Assembly (NCBI GenBank): GCA_964518585.1 | Contig: CAZFGZ010000004.1 | Coordinates: forward strand, 1-34,018 | DNA: 34,018 bases | Reading direction: 5' to 3' | DNA from: an uncultured Dehalococcoidia bacterium | GTDB taxonomy: Bacteria > Chloroflexota > Dehalococcoidia > DSTF01 > CAZFGZ01 | Shown here: in pieces, positions 16,133 through 24,085 of the stretch | Layout: each line of letters starts with the position of its first letter | Numbering within the stretch: position 1 is the stretch's first letter | Made by a program: the position numbers and the translations under genes | The notes under the pieces: model-generated | Databases searched by the model: none | Seen by the model: only the letters and a program-made list of their open reading frames with translations | What the model was told of the DNA's origin: nothing

Positions 16133-19015
16133 CTAGACGATCCTCTCCACGTCTACGGCGATGGCCCGGTCGATCTGCTGAGGCTGCCAGTTGTTCCGCC
16201 AGAAGCGCAGGTGACCGTAGCCCCCCGCCAGGTGCAGCCACTTGACCAGCCCGGGCACCACGGTGTCGTAGGGCTTCCAGTCGCGGTACTGGTACGGCTC
16301 CCAGGCGTGGTAGATGATGACCTCGCCGGGTCGCGCGCCCGAAGAGATCTTCACCCGCAGCTTGCAGGAGTCGAAGTCGTTGAACACGCGGACCTCCTCG
16401 TTGTCCCGGATGCCGCGCTCCTCAGCATCCTCGGGGTTCATGAAAATCGAGGGCTGGCCGCGATGGGTGCGCAGCATGAGCTTGTTGGCCGTCCAGGTGG
16501 AGTGGATACTCGAGCGCTGGTGCCCGCTGCAAAGGCGAAGCGGATAGTCGCCCCCCTGCCGGGGGTTGGGCTTGTGGACGGGGAGCTCCTCGCCGGCCTC
16601 CAGGAACCAGGGATGGTCGATGTAGAACTGGATGCGGCGCGTCAGGGTGGGATAGGGGACTTTCTTTACGACGTGCCAGCTCAGGGGGTTGATGGTCTCG
16701 TTGGGCTTGATGTCGGTGGCCAGGTTCAGGCCCGGCGCGTCCACGCCCGTGCCGGTGAAGCGAAGGATGCCGTGCTCGCGGAGGTCGTCGAGGGTGGTGC
16801 GCTCAGGGAAGGCGCCCGCGCGCACCGTGTCCAGCATAATGTCCTCAGCCAGCTTATCATCGTCATGCTCGCGGATCTCGCCGTCGTAGGTGAAGAGGCG
16901 GTACATGTCGTCGAGCTTGTAGGTTGTCTCATGCACGTCCTGGTACTCGCCGAACTCCCGCTCGCGGGCCCGCTCCTCGATCTTCTTGGAGAGCAGGCAG
17001 AATATCTCCCACTCCGGTTTGCACTCTCCGGGCGGCTCGGCCGCCTTCTCGGTGAGGGTGAGGAAGTTGACGTGGGCCGTGGGGAAGCGGAAGTCCAGCC
17101 TCTCGTAGAAGGAAGCGACCGGCAGCACGATATCCGAGAAGAGGGCGGTGGTGCTCATGCGCAGGTCCACGGTGACGATCTTCTTGAGCTGAGGCCAGAG
17201 CTTTTCCCGCAGAACCTTGAAGCCGCCGCGGGTTCGCCGCAGGGTGGAGCCGTTGACCTCGAAGAATACACGAGGCGGCCTGTCCGGGGGCGGCAGCATC
17301 ACCTTGCCCCACCACTCCTTGTCAACCGCCTCCTGGAAGTACTCGTCGAAGGTGCGCACCATGGCCGGATCGGACCAGTCGCGGCGGTTCCAGATGTCCT
17401 TGTAGCCGGCGTGCCAGTACCAGAAGAAGACCGCCGGGACCGTGATGGGGCTCATGGGGAGGACGGTGACCGTCTCCTGCTCGATGGCGACCATCTCCTC
17501 GGTCAGCGTCGGGTCTTCTTCCCTGAGCTCCTTCTCCAGGTTGGTCGCCTCCAGCGAGAACTCGAGGAAGCCCTCCATGCCCGGCCGCCTCTTGAGCGGG
17601 GTGAGCACGGCGAGCTGGCCGCTGTTCCAGCCCCGCATGCCGGTGCCCTTGCGGCCGAAGTTGCCCGTGAGGGCGAGGAGGAGGGCCATCGAGCGCTCCA
17701 TGAGGTCGCCGTGGAAGTGCTTGTTCGTGTCGAAGCCCTGGATGATGTGGATGTTGCGTGCCCGCATCACCATGTCCGCGAGCCTCTCGATAAGCGGCGT
17801 GCAGACGCCGGTGATGCTCGCGACCGTGTCGAGGTCGTAGGCCTGCACCTTCTCCTTCATCAGCTCGAAGGCCGGGGTGACCTCCACCTCCGTGCCATCG
17901 GCCAGGGCCACCTGGTAGCGACCCTCCAGGGCAGGGTCCACCTCACCCAGGGCCAGCGTGCCCCGAGGCGCCTCAACCGCCTTGCCGGCCTTCGTGTCCC
18001 AGAAGTAGAACTGGTCCTCCCGGCCCTCCCCCGTCACGTCGGGCTGCCGCAGGAAGCGCCGGTTGTCCAGGCGGACCAGCAAGGGCAGGTCGGTCTGGTC
18101 CTTGACGAAGGCCTCGTTCACCTTGCCCTCGTCCAGGATGATCTTGCAGAGGCCCAGGGCCAGGGCGGCGTCGCTGCTCGGCACCACGGGGACCCACAAA
18201 TCGGTGTGGATGCTGGTGGCGCTGTAGTCGGGCGCGATGCAGACCACCTGAGAGCCACGGTAGCGGGCCTCGGTTATGTAGTGCACGCAAGGGATGCGCG
18301 TGTACAGCGGGTTGCAGTGCCAGACCATGATCAGGTCGGCGTGCACCCAGTCGTCCACCGAGCTCACGAAGTGGAACTTGCCGAAGGTCTCGTATATGCC
18401 GACGCTGAAGTCGCCGATCTGCCCGTCGGCATCGAGGACGGTGGCGCCGAGGAGGCGGGCAAGGCGCCAGCCGGGGATGGAGCCATGGATGATGGCGTGG
18501 CCGCCGCCGAACTCGTATATGATCGATTCCGGCCCCACCTCCTCGATGGCGTCGAGGACGGCGTCGGCGGTTTCGGTGAGGGCCTCGTCCCAGGAGATCC
18601 GCTCCCAGCGGCCGGAGCCCCGCTCGCCCAGCCGGCGCAGCGGGTAGCGCAGTCGCTCCGGCGCGTAGACTACCTGGCTGAAGGTGCCCCCCTTCTGGCA
18701 GCCGCGAGGGTTCATGTCGGGCACGTCCTCCTCGATCTGGGGATAGGTGCCCGCCTGCTCCTCCCGCCAGATGAGGCCGTCCTTCACGTAGGTCCGCCAC
18801 AGGCAGGAACCCGGGTAGCAGTCCACGCAGTGCGTGCTCCACACGACCTTGTCCCAGGTCCAGTGCTCGCGATAGAGGTCTTCCCAGCCCCGGTAGATGA
18901 CCTCCTCGAGAAGCTCCTCCTCTTTCTCGCGGACGCAGCCCAACTGGGTGAGATACAGCGCCAGGACGGACGCCCCGGTCGCCTTCAAGAAGCCGCGCCG
19001 TGAGATCCTCGGCAT
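16133..19015 (-). CDS. DMSO-reductase-family type II molybdopterin oxidoreductase, alpha subunit, Tat-signal paralogue (alpha1)
   Basis: Starts at ATG 19015 (GGAGGT upstream) with MPRISRRGFLKATGASVLALYL, which carries the twin-arginine motif. The FS0 motif is H-x3-C-x4-C-x34-C (THCVDCYPGSC...NPRGC). IGDFS aligns with the Mo-ligating Asp segment of NarG. Length (~960 aa) and FYIDHPWFLEAGEELPVHK fit the EbdA/SerA/DdhA-sized enzymes. Confidence 0.9.
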   Translation of the reverse strand: MPRISRRGFLKATGASVLALYLTQLGCVREKEEELLEEVIYRGWEDLYREHWTWDKVVWSTHCVDCYPGSCLWRTYVKDGLIWREEQAGTYPQIEEDVPDMNPRGCQKGGTFSQVVYAPERLRYPLRRLGERGSGRWERISWDEALTETADAVLDAIEEVGPESIIYEFGGGHAIIHGSIPGWRLARLLGATVLDADGQIGDFSVGIYETFGKFHFVSSVDDWVHADLIMVWHCNPLYTRIPCVHYITEARYRGSQVVCIAPDYSATSIHTDLWVPVVPSSDAALALGLCKIILDEGKVNEAFVKDQTDLPLLVRLDNRRFLRQPDVTGEGREDQFYFWDTKAGKAVEAPRGTLALGEVDPALEGRYQVALADGTEVEVTPAFELMKEKVQAYDLDTVASITGVCTPLIERLADMVMRARNIHIIQGFDTNKHFHGDLMERSMALLLALTGNFGRKGTGMRGWNSGQLAVLTPLKRRPGMEGFLEFSLEATNLEKELREEDPTLTEEMVAIEQETVTVLPMSPITVPAVFFWYWHAGYKDIWNRRDWSDPAMVRTFDEYFQEAVDKEWWGKVMLPPPDRPPRVFFEVNGSTLRRTRGGFKVLREKLWPQLKKIVTVDLRMSTTALFSDIVLPVASFYERLDFRFPTAHVNFLTLTEKAAEPPGECKPEWEIFCLLSKKIEERAREREFGEYQDVHETTYKLDDMYRLFTYDGEIREHDDDKLAEDIMLDTVRAGAFPERTTLDDLREHGILRFTGTGVDAPGLNLATDIKPNETINPLSWHVVKKVPYPTLTRRIQFYIDHPWFLEAGEELPVHKPNPRQGGDYPLRLCSGHQRSSIHSTWTANKLMLRTHRGQPSIFMNPEDAEERGIRDNEEVRVFNDFDSCKLRVKISSGARPGEVIIYHAWEPYQYRDWKPYDTVVPGLVKWLHLAGGYGHLRFWRNNWQPQQIDRAIAVDVERIV

Positions 19016-19282
19016 GGCTACGCCCCTACCTCCGGCCATCGAATCGCCAGAGGCGCAGCCCTAGCCGAGAGCCGTCTCGCCATAGCTGCAACACCACCCC
19101 AGCAGGGGATCGAGCATCCTCTCATCTCTGACCGCGTCCCCGCACAAGCATGGCGCGCCTCGCAAGGGCGAAAGCGCGCCACGAATCTCGCTGCGACACG
19201 ACCGTTCCCTATCGGGAAGGCCCAAGACCTGGACACCGCCCAGCCCTTCTAGAAGCCTTCGCCCCCTTCTATGTCTGGCCCG

Positions 19283-20320
19283 CTAGCTCCACTTGATCTC
19301 CGCAGGGTCCTGGACGAAAGGCCCAAACAGGTCCAACCAGTGATACACGATCAGCGTGTCCATCAGCTCGGACGGCTCACCCCTCCTCCTCTTGTCCAGC
19401 TCCTCCCTCAGCGTGTCCAGGGCCTTGTGCACCCCCGGACCGAACAGATGCTCCTGATACTCACTCGGGATGCGCGGCGTGGACTCGTCGAAGCTGCCGT
19501 CCTCGTTCAAGCGGAGCGGGGCCAGCGGCGGGATGTAGAAGACGTTAGGCTCTGTACCATACTCCGCGTGCAGGGGCAGCGCGACCTCCCACTCGTTCAC
19601 CAGCCTGTGGATGGGCCCCTTGGCGTCATCCAGATAGCCGACGAAGACCAGCCGGCCGGGGCACTGCCGCGCACAGGCCGGCGCCACGTTCTTCTCCAGG
19701 CGCGGGAAGCAGAACATGCAGTGCTGGGCGACCTTGCGCACATGGTTGAAGTAGATCTTCTTGTAGGGGCAGGCCTCCATGCAGAAGCGATAGCCCCGAC
19801 AGAGGTCCTCGTTGCGCAGGACGATGCCGTCCTCCTGCCGCTTGTACATGGCGCCTCGAGGGCAGGCCTCAACGCAGGCCGGGTGTGTGCAGTGATTGCA
19901 GAAACGCGGCAGGTAGAAGAAGTAGCTGTTGGGGTACTCGCCGGCGCCCTCGTCCTCATCCCAGTTCGGGCCCCACGTGGGGGCAGGGCCCTTGGCCTGG
20001 AGGAAGACTGAGTTCCCCTTGCCCTGGTAGAACACCTCTTCGTAGTTGAAGTCCCAGCCGCCCCCGAACTCGTCGCGGGTGGGCAGGTGTCCCAGGACGG
20101 GGTTACCGTCGCGATAGCCGCCCCCCATCTGCTCCCAGTCCTTTGGCGTCCCCTTGCCGGGCTGCGTGTTCACCGAGCACCACCACTGGTACTCCTCGCC
20201 CTCCTCCCGGGTCCACAGGACCTTGCAGCCCACGGAGCAGGTCTGACAACCGATGCACTTGTTGAGGTCCAAGACCAGCGCCAGCTGGTGCTGAGGAGCG
20301 GTCCGCTCTTGCCTAACCAT
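19283..20320 (-). CDS. DMSO-reductase-family type II, beta (NarH/EbdB-like four-cluster Fe-S) subunit
   Basis: The cluster motifs are CIGCQTCSVGC, CNHCTHPACVEACP, CRGYRFCMEACPYKKIYFN and CMFCFPRLEKNVAPACARQCP. The third has an aromatic residue where NarH has Trp, which implies a 3Fe-4S cluster. The likely start is ATG 20320 (GGAGGT 4 nt upstream) rather than 20353. Confidence 0.9.
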   Translation of the reverse strand: MVRQERTAPQHQLALVLDLNKCIGCQTCSVGCKVLWTREEGEEYQWWCSVNTQPGKGTPKDWEQMGGGYRDGNPVLGHLPTRDEFGGGWDFNYEEVFYQGKGNSVFLQAKGPAPTWGPNWDEDEGAGEYPNSYFFYLPRFCNHCTHPACVEACPRGAMYKRQEDGIVLRNEDLCRGYRFCMEACPYKKIYFNHVRKVAQHCMFCFPRLEKNVAPACARQCPGRLVFVGYLDDAKGPIHRLVNEWEVALPLHAEYGTEPNVFYIPPLAPLRLNEDGSFDESTPRIPSEYQEHLFGPGVHKALDTLREELDKRRRGEPSELMDTLIVYHWLDLFGPFVQDPAEIKWS

Positions 20321-20368
20321 GCCTACCTCCTGCCTGTGAGATCCCATCGGCAAGCGAGGGGACCCAAC

Positions 20369-21019
20369 CTACGCCTCTAGCTCCAGCTCACGCCATTCCC
20401 TGGAGAAGGACTTGAGCCCGGCGCGCTCCCCCTTGGAGCCCTCCCAGACGGCGAAGGCCACCTTCACACTCTTGCCAGCCTCCAGTTGCACCGCGGCCTC
20501 GGTCTCGCCCTTCGTCGCGAGCGGCCGACTCAGCACGACCTGCCAGGCGCCCGCGTCCCAGCGGGCTCCCGTGGCGATCTGGCCGCCGCCCGTCTCCTCC
20601 ACCGTGCCCAGGCCGCCAGCGGCCAGGTTCTGGGCGGCATTCTCCAGGTCGGCCCGCCAGAACCAGGCGTTGACCGGCTGGCTCTGGCTGCCCATCGTGT
20701 TCAGGGGAGCATCCCCCTTCAGCGGGAAGAGGATGCCCGCCCCGTCGGGGCTGTTGCCCTCCAGGAAATCAAGGTTCTGGGTAGAGTCGGGCCACGCGAG
20801 CAGGAAGGCGATGTCGCTGCCGTTGTGCGCGGCGCGCACGGTGAGGTTCTCCAGTTTCCCGTAGGGGCGCTCGCGGGCCCACAGTTGGACATAGCGGCTG
20901 TTCTGATTCTCGGCGGGCGCGGGGCCCATAGCGATGGTCTCGGCTGGCACGTCCCGCCACTGGGACGCTGTGGGGTCGAGCAGAACCTTAGAATCGACGT
21001 CAACCCGCTTAGCTTGCAT
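20369..21019 (-). CDS. DMSO-reductase-family type II, gamma subunit, EB_dh (ethylbenzene-dehydrogenase gamma-like) heme-b domain, no signal peptide
   Basis: 216 aa with an EbdC/SerC/DdhC-like sequence (DIAFLLAWPD, FPLKG...NTMGS, NAWFWRAD, VAFAVWEGSKGERAGLKSFS). Candidate Met and Lys heme ligands are present. GGGAGGGAGG lies upstream of the ATG. An in-frame TGA 11 codons upstream, with no intervening start codon, excludes a leader peptide. Confidence 0.8.
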   Translation of the reverse strand: MQAKRVDVDSKVLLDPTASQWRDVPAETIAMGPAPAENQNSRYVQLWARERPYGKLENLTVRAAHNGSDIAFLLAWPDSTQNLDFLEGNSPDGAGILFPLKGDAPLNTMGSQSQPVNAWFWRADLENAAQNLAAGGLGTVEETGGGQIATGARWDAGAWQVVLSRPLATKGETEAAVQLEAGKSVKVAFAVWEGSKGERAGLKSFSREWRELELEA

Positions 21020-21076
21020 GGCGCCTCCCTCCCTTGCAGCGTGTAGCCATCAGCAACTCCCCACCGCCGCTTCGCC

Positions 21077-23845
21077 TCACCTCGCCGCCCCGTCGATCTT
21101 CGCCACGTCCAGGTGGATAGCCCGGTCGATGGGGACGGGCTGCCAGTGAATTGCCCGGTAGCGCAGGTGGCCGTAGCCGCCGGCCAGGTGCAGCCACTTC
21201 ACCATCCCCGGCTCCACGTTGGCCGCGTCCTTCCAGTCGCGGTGCATGTAGGGCTCAAAGCCATTGTAGATGATCAACTGCCCCGGCTGCACCGCGGGCG
21301 AGATCTTCACCCACACGGTCATCGAGCCCATGTCGTTGAACGCCCGCACCTCCTCGCCGTTGTCGATGCCCCGCTCGCGGGCGTCCCCGTCGTTCATGAA
21401 CATGAAGGGCCGCCCCTGGTGGGTGTTCAGCAGTATCTTGCTGGTCATGTTCATGGAGTGGATGCTCCAGCGGTTGTGGCCGGAGGTCAGCAGGAAGGGA
21501 TAGTTTCCGCCCTGCATGGGAGTGTCCTTGTGCACGGGGAGCTCCTCCCCCGCTTCCAGGAACCAATCGTGGTCGATGTAGAACTGGGCGCGCCGCGTGA
21601 GGGTGGGGAAGGGCATCTTCTTCTCGGTGTGCCAGCGGAATGCCGCGTGGGTCTCATTGGGCTTGAGGTCGGAGGCCTGCGCCAGGGCCATGGAGCTCCG
21701 GCCCCAGTCGATGAACCGCACGTGACCCTTCTCCCGCATCGTCTCGAGGGTGGTGCCCTCGGGCAGAGTCCCCAGGAGGGCGCTGTCCCGCACCATCTCA
21801 TCCAGTATCCTGTCGGTGTTCTCCAACCGCCCGTTCAGGGTCATGGTCTCGTACATGTTCTCGAAGTTGATCGTGGCTCCGGAAGGGAACTGGAGCTCTG
21901 TCAGCCCTCTGGCCTTGGCCCGCTCCTCCAGCTTCTTGGTCAGAGCGAGGTTGATATGCCACTCATCCATGGCCTCGCCCGGCGGGTCCACTGCCTTGTC
22001 GGAGAGGGTGAGGTTGAGGACGTGGCAGGAGGTGTAGGTGAAGTTGGGCTTCTCGTAGTGGTGGGCTGCCGGCAGCACGAAGTCGGAGTGGAGGCCGGTG
22101 GTGCTCATGCGCGGGTCAATGCTCACGATCATCTTGAGCTTGGGCCAGAGGTGCTTCAGGAGCATGCCCTGGCCGCCCCGCTGGCGCCGCAACAGGTTGC
22201 CGCCGATCTCGAAAATCACGCGGGGCTCCGTCTCCTGCGGAGGGAGCATGAAGCCCTGCCACCAGCCCTTCTCGATGCCCTCCTTTATGTACTCGTCGAA
22301 GGAGCGGGGCATACTCGGGTCGTTCCATTCCTTCTTGTTCCAGATGTCGCGGTAGCCGCAGTGCCAGTACCAGAAGAAGACCGGCGGTGTCCAGCCGCCC
22401 ATGGCGGCGGCGCGGTAGCTCGACTCCGCCATCACCATCTCGTCGGTCATGGTGGGGTCCTCCGCCTTGACGGCATCCAGCATGGAGTCTCGGAGCGCGA
22501 TGGCCCGGCGGCTGGCCTCCTCACCGAGGTCGGTCTTCATCGCCGCCAGGCCCATCCCGTCGAACATGCCGACGGCCCAGCTCCGCGCGCCTGACCCCTT
22601 CCTGCCCCAGTTGCCGGTAAGGCCCAGCAGCAGCATCATGGAGCGCTCCATGAGGTCACCGTGGTAATACTTGCCGGCGTTCCAGCCCATGAGGGCGCGG
22701 GTGCGCTTCACGGCAGCCTTCCGCGCGACGCTTCGGATAGAATCCGGGTGCACGCCGCAGATCTTGGAGGCCTCCTCCGGGCGATATTCCTGCAGCCGCT
22801 CCTTGAGCAGCACGAAGGCCGGGGTCACCTCCACCAGCGTCCCATCGGAGAGAGCGGCCTGGTATGCTCCCTCCAGGGCGGGGTCGACCTCGCCGAGGGC
22901 GAGGGTAGCCCGGGGTGCTTCCGCCACCTTGTTGGTCTTCGTGTCCCAGAAGTAGAACTGGTCCTCCAGTCCCCCCTCCTGCATGTCGCTCCCCCGCAGG
23001 AAGCGCCGGTTGTCCAAGCGCACCAAGAGGGACAAGTCCGTCTGCTCCTTGACGAAATCCACGTGGTGCAGGTTCTCCTCGACGAGGACCTGACACATGG
23101 ACAAGGCGAGGGCAGCATCGGTGCCCGGACGCACCGGCAGGTGATAGTCGGCGTGGATGGCCGAGGGGCTGTAGTCCGGGGCGATGGTCACCACCTCCGC
23201 ACCCTTGTAGCGACCCTCCGCGACGAAGTGATACCAGGGGATGGATGTGTACACGGGGTTGATCTGCCAGAGCAGCGTGAGGTCGGTGTGGAACCAGTCG
23301 TCGCAGCTGCTGGCGGGGTCGAACTTGCCGAAGGTGACGTAGATGCCGGGGCTGAAGTCGTTGATCTCCGCCTGAAGGTCCGTGGTAGTGCCACCCAGGC
23401 GCATGAGGAAGGCGCCGGCCAGCATCAGCGTCTGCATCCCACCCTCCGCGGGCGTGCCGATGCGCATGATCGAATTGGGCCCCTGCTCCTGCAGCGCATC
23501 CAGTATGGCATCCGCGATCTCGCCGAGAGCCTGATCCCAGGAGACCTGCTGCCACTTGCCGGACCCGCGCTCGCCCACCCGCTTCAGGGGATGCAGCACC
23601 CGCTCCTTGCCGTAGAGGAGCTGGCTCCAGCAGGCCCCCTTCTGGCACCCCGCGGGGTTCATGTCGGGGACACCCTCCTCGATGGTGCGGAAGGTGCCGG
23701 CCTGCTCCTCGCGGAGAACCACCCCGTCCTTCGAGTAGACCCGAAACGGGCAGTTGGTGGGGTAGCAGTCCACAGCGTGGCTGCCCCAGGTGACCCTGTC
23801 CCACTTCCACATGTCCCGGTAGCGGTCCTCCCAGGTCCCAGGCAT
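21077..23845 (-). CDS. DMSO-reductase-family type II molybdopterin oxidoreductase, alpha subunit, leaderless paralogue (alpha2)
   Basis: Colinear with alpha1, sharing identical blocks (LVRLDNRRFLR, EDQFYFWDTK, TLALGEVDPALEG, HGDLMERSM, VFFWYWH, VKWLHLAGGYGHLR). It has the same H-x3-C-x4-C-x34-C motif (SHAVDCYPTNC...NPAGC) and INDFS at the Asp-ligand position. It starts MPGTWEDRYRDMW, which aligns about 40 residues into alpha1. AAGGAG lies 6 nt upstream, and an in-frame TGA lies 10 codons upstream. Confidence 0.9.
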   Translation of the reverse strand: MPGTWEDRYRDMWKWDRVTWGSHAVDCYPTNCPFRVYSKDGVVLREEQAGTFRTIEEGVPDMNPAGCQKGACWSQLLYGKERVLHPLKRVGERGSGKWQQVSWDQALGEIADAILDALQEQGPNSIMRIGTPAEGGMQTLMLAGAFLMRLGGTTTDLQAEINDFSPGIYVTFGKFDPASSCDDWFHTDLTLLWQINPVYTSIPWYHFVAEGRYKGAEVVTIAPDYSPSAIHADYHLPVRPGTDAALALSMCQVLVEENLHHVDFVKEQTDLSLLVRLDNRRFLRGSDMQEGGLEDQFYFWDTKTNKVAEAPRATLALGEVDPALEGAYQAALSDGTLVEVTPAFVLLKERLQEYRPEEASKICGVHPDSIRSVARKAAVKRTRALMGWNAGKYYHGDLMERSMMLLLGLTGNWGRKGSGARSWAVGMFDGMGLAAMKTDLGEEASRRAIALRDSMLDAVKAEDPTMTDEMVMAESSYRAAAMGGWTPPVFFWYWHCGYRDIWNKKEWNDPSMPRSFDEYIKEGIEKGWWQGFMLPPQETEPRVIFEIGGNLLRRQRGGQGMLLKHLWPKLKMIVSIDPRMSTTGLHSDFVLPAAHHYEKPNFTYTSCHVLNLTLSDKAVDPPGEAMDEWHINLALTKKLEERAKARGLTELQFPSGATINFENMYETMTLNGRLENTDRILDEMVRDSALLGTLPEGTTLETMREKGHVRFIDWGRSSMALAQASDLKPNETHAAFRWHTEKKMPFPTLTRRAQFYIDHDWFLEAGEELPVHKDTPMQGGNYPFLLTSGHNRWSIHSMNMTSKILLNTHQGRPFMFMNDGDARERGIDNGEEVRAFNDMGSMTVWVKISPAVQPGQLIIYNGFEPYMHRDWKDAANVEPGMVKWLHLAGGYGHLRYRAIHWQPVPIDRAIHLDVAKIDGAAR

Positions 23846-24085
23846 GACGCCGCTCCTTGCTAATCCGGCTCGTCAGTCGTGCAATGCAGGCAACACACCC
23901 ATGGCGCCCCTGTCCCCGGCACTACCGCTTGGGCTGCACATCTCGATGACGGCTTCCGGGAAGCCAGGACGCAATGGGAGCTGCCGCTTTCCACCGTTGC
24001 GCAGGTAGTCCCTGAGTCTAGAAATGCCGGGAGGCTCGCATCCAGAGCCATCCATCCCCTTGTCCCCGGGCCAAACGTCCCGCTA

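Noticed and set aside
14969-19003. 1344-aa + strand ORF, the longest ORF in the window.
   Set aside because: It is entirely antisense to alpha1 and the permease-Rieske gene. Its composition is low-complexity (Arg/Gly/Pro/His/Glu/Ala-rich) with no recognisable motif. The minus-strand frames carry unambiguous family signatures. This is a typical shadow ORF of GC-rich DNA.
14306-19015. Interpreting alpha1 plus the Rieske domain as an arsenite oxidase (AioAB)-like pair.
   Set aside because: alpha1 is a close paralogue of alpha2, with the His/Cys FS0 motif and the Asp Mo-ligand typical of type II enzymes. That is not the Aio large-subunit pattern. The Rieske domain lacks its own Tat leader and is fused to a permease body. 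Only the analogy is noted.
19018-19236. 72-aa minus-strand ORF in the beta/alpha1 gap as a possible missing delta chaperone.
   Set aside because: It overlaps the alpha1 start, is Arg/Ala/Cys-rich and has no RBS. It bears no resemblance to NarJ/EbdD/TorD-family proteins, which are about 200 aa and helical.
16133-23845. Calling the locus respiratory nitrate reductase narGHJI.
   Set aside because: The alphas are about 920-960 aa, not NarG-sized. The third subunit is an EB_dh soluble heme-b type, not the membrane di-heme NarI. No NarJ gene is present. The family-level call (type II DMSO-reductase family) is as far as the sequence supports.
21113-23863. 493-aa and 400-aa + strand ORFs opposite alpha2.
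   Set aside because: These are antisense shadow ORFs with the same low-complexity composition. The minus strand encodes a full-length molybdopterin oxidoreductase.
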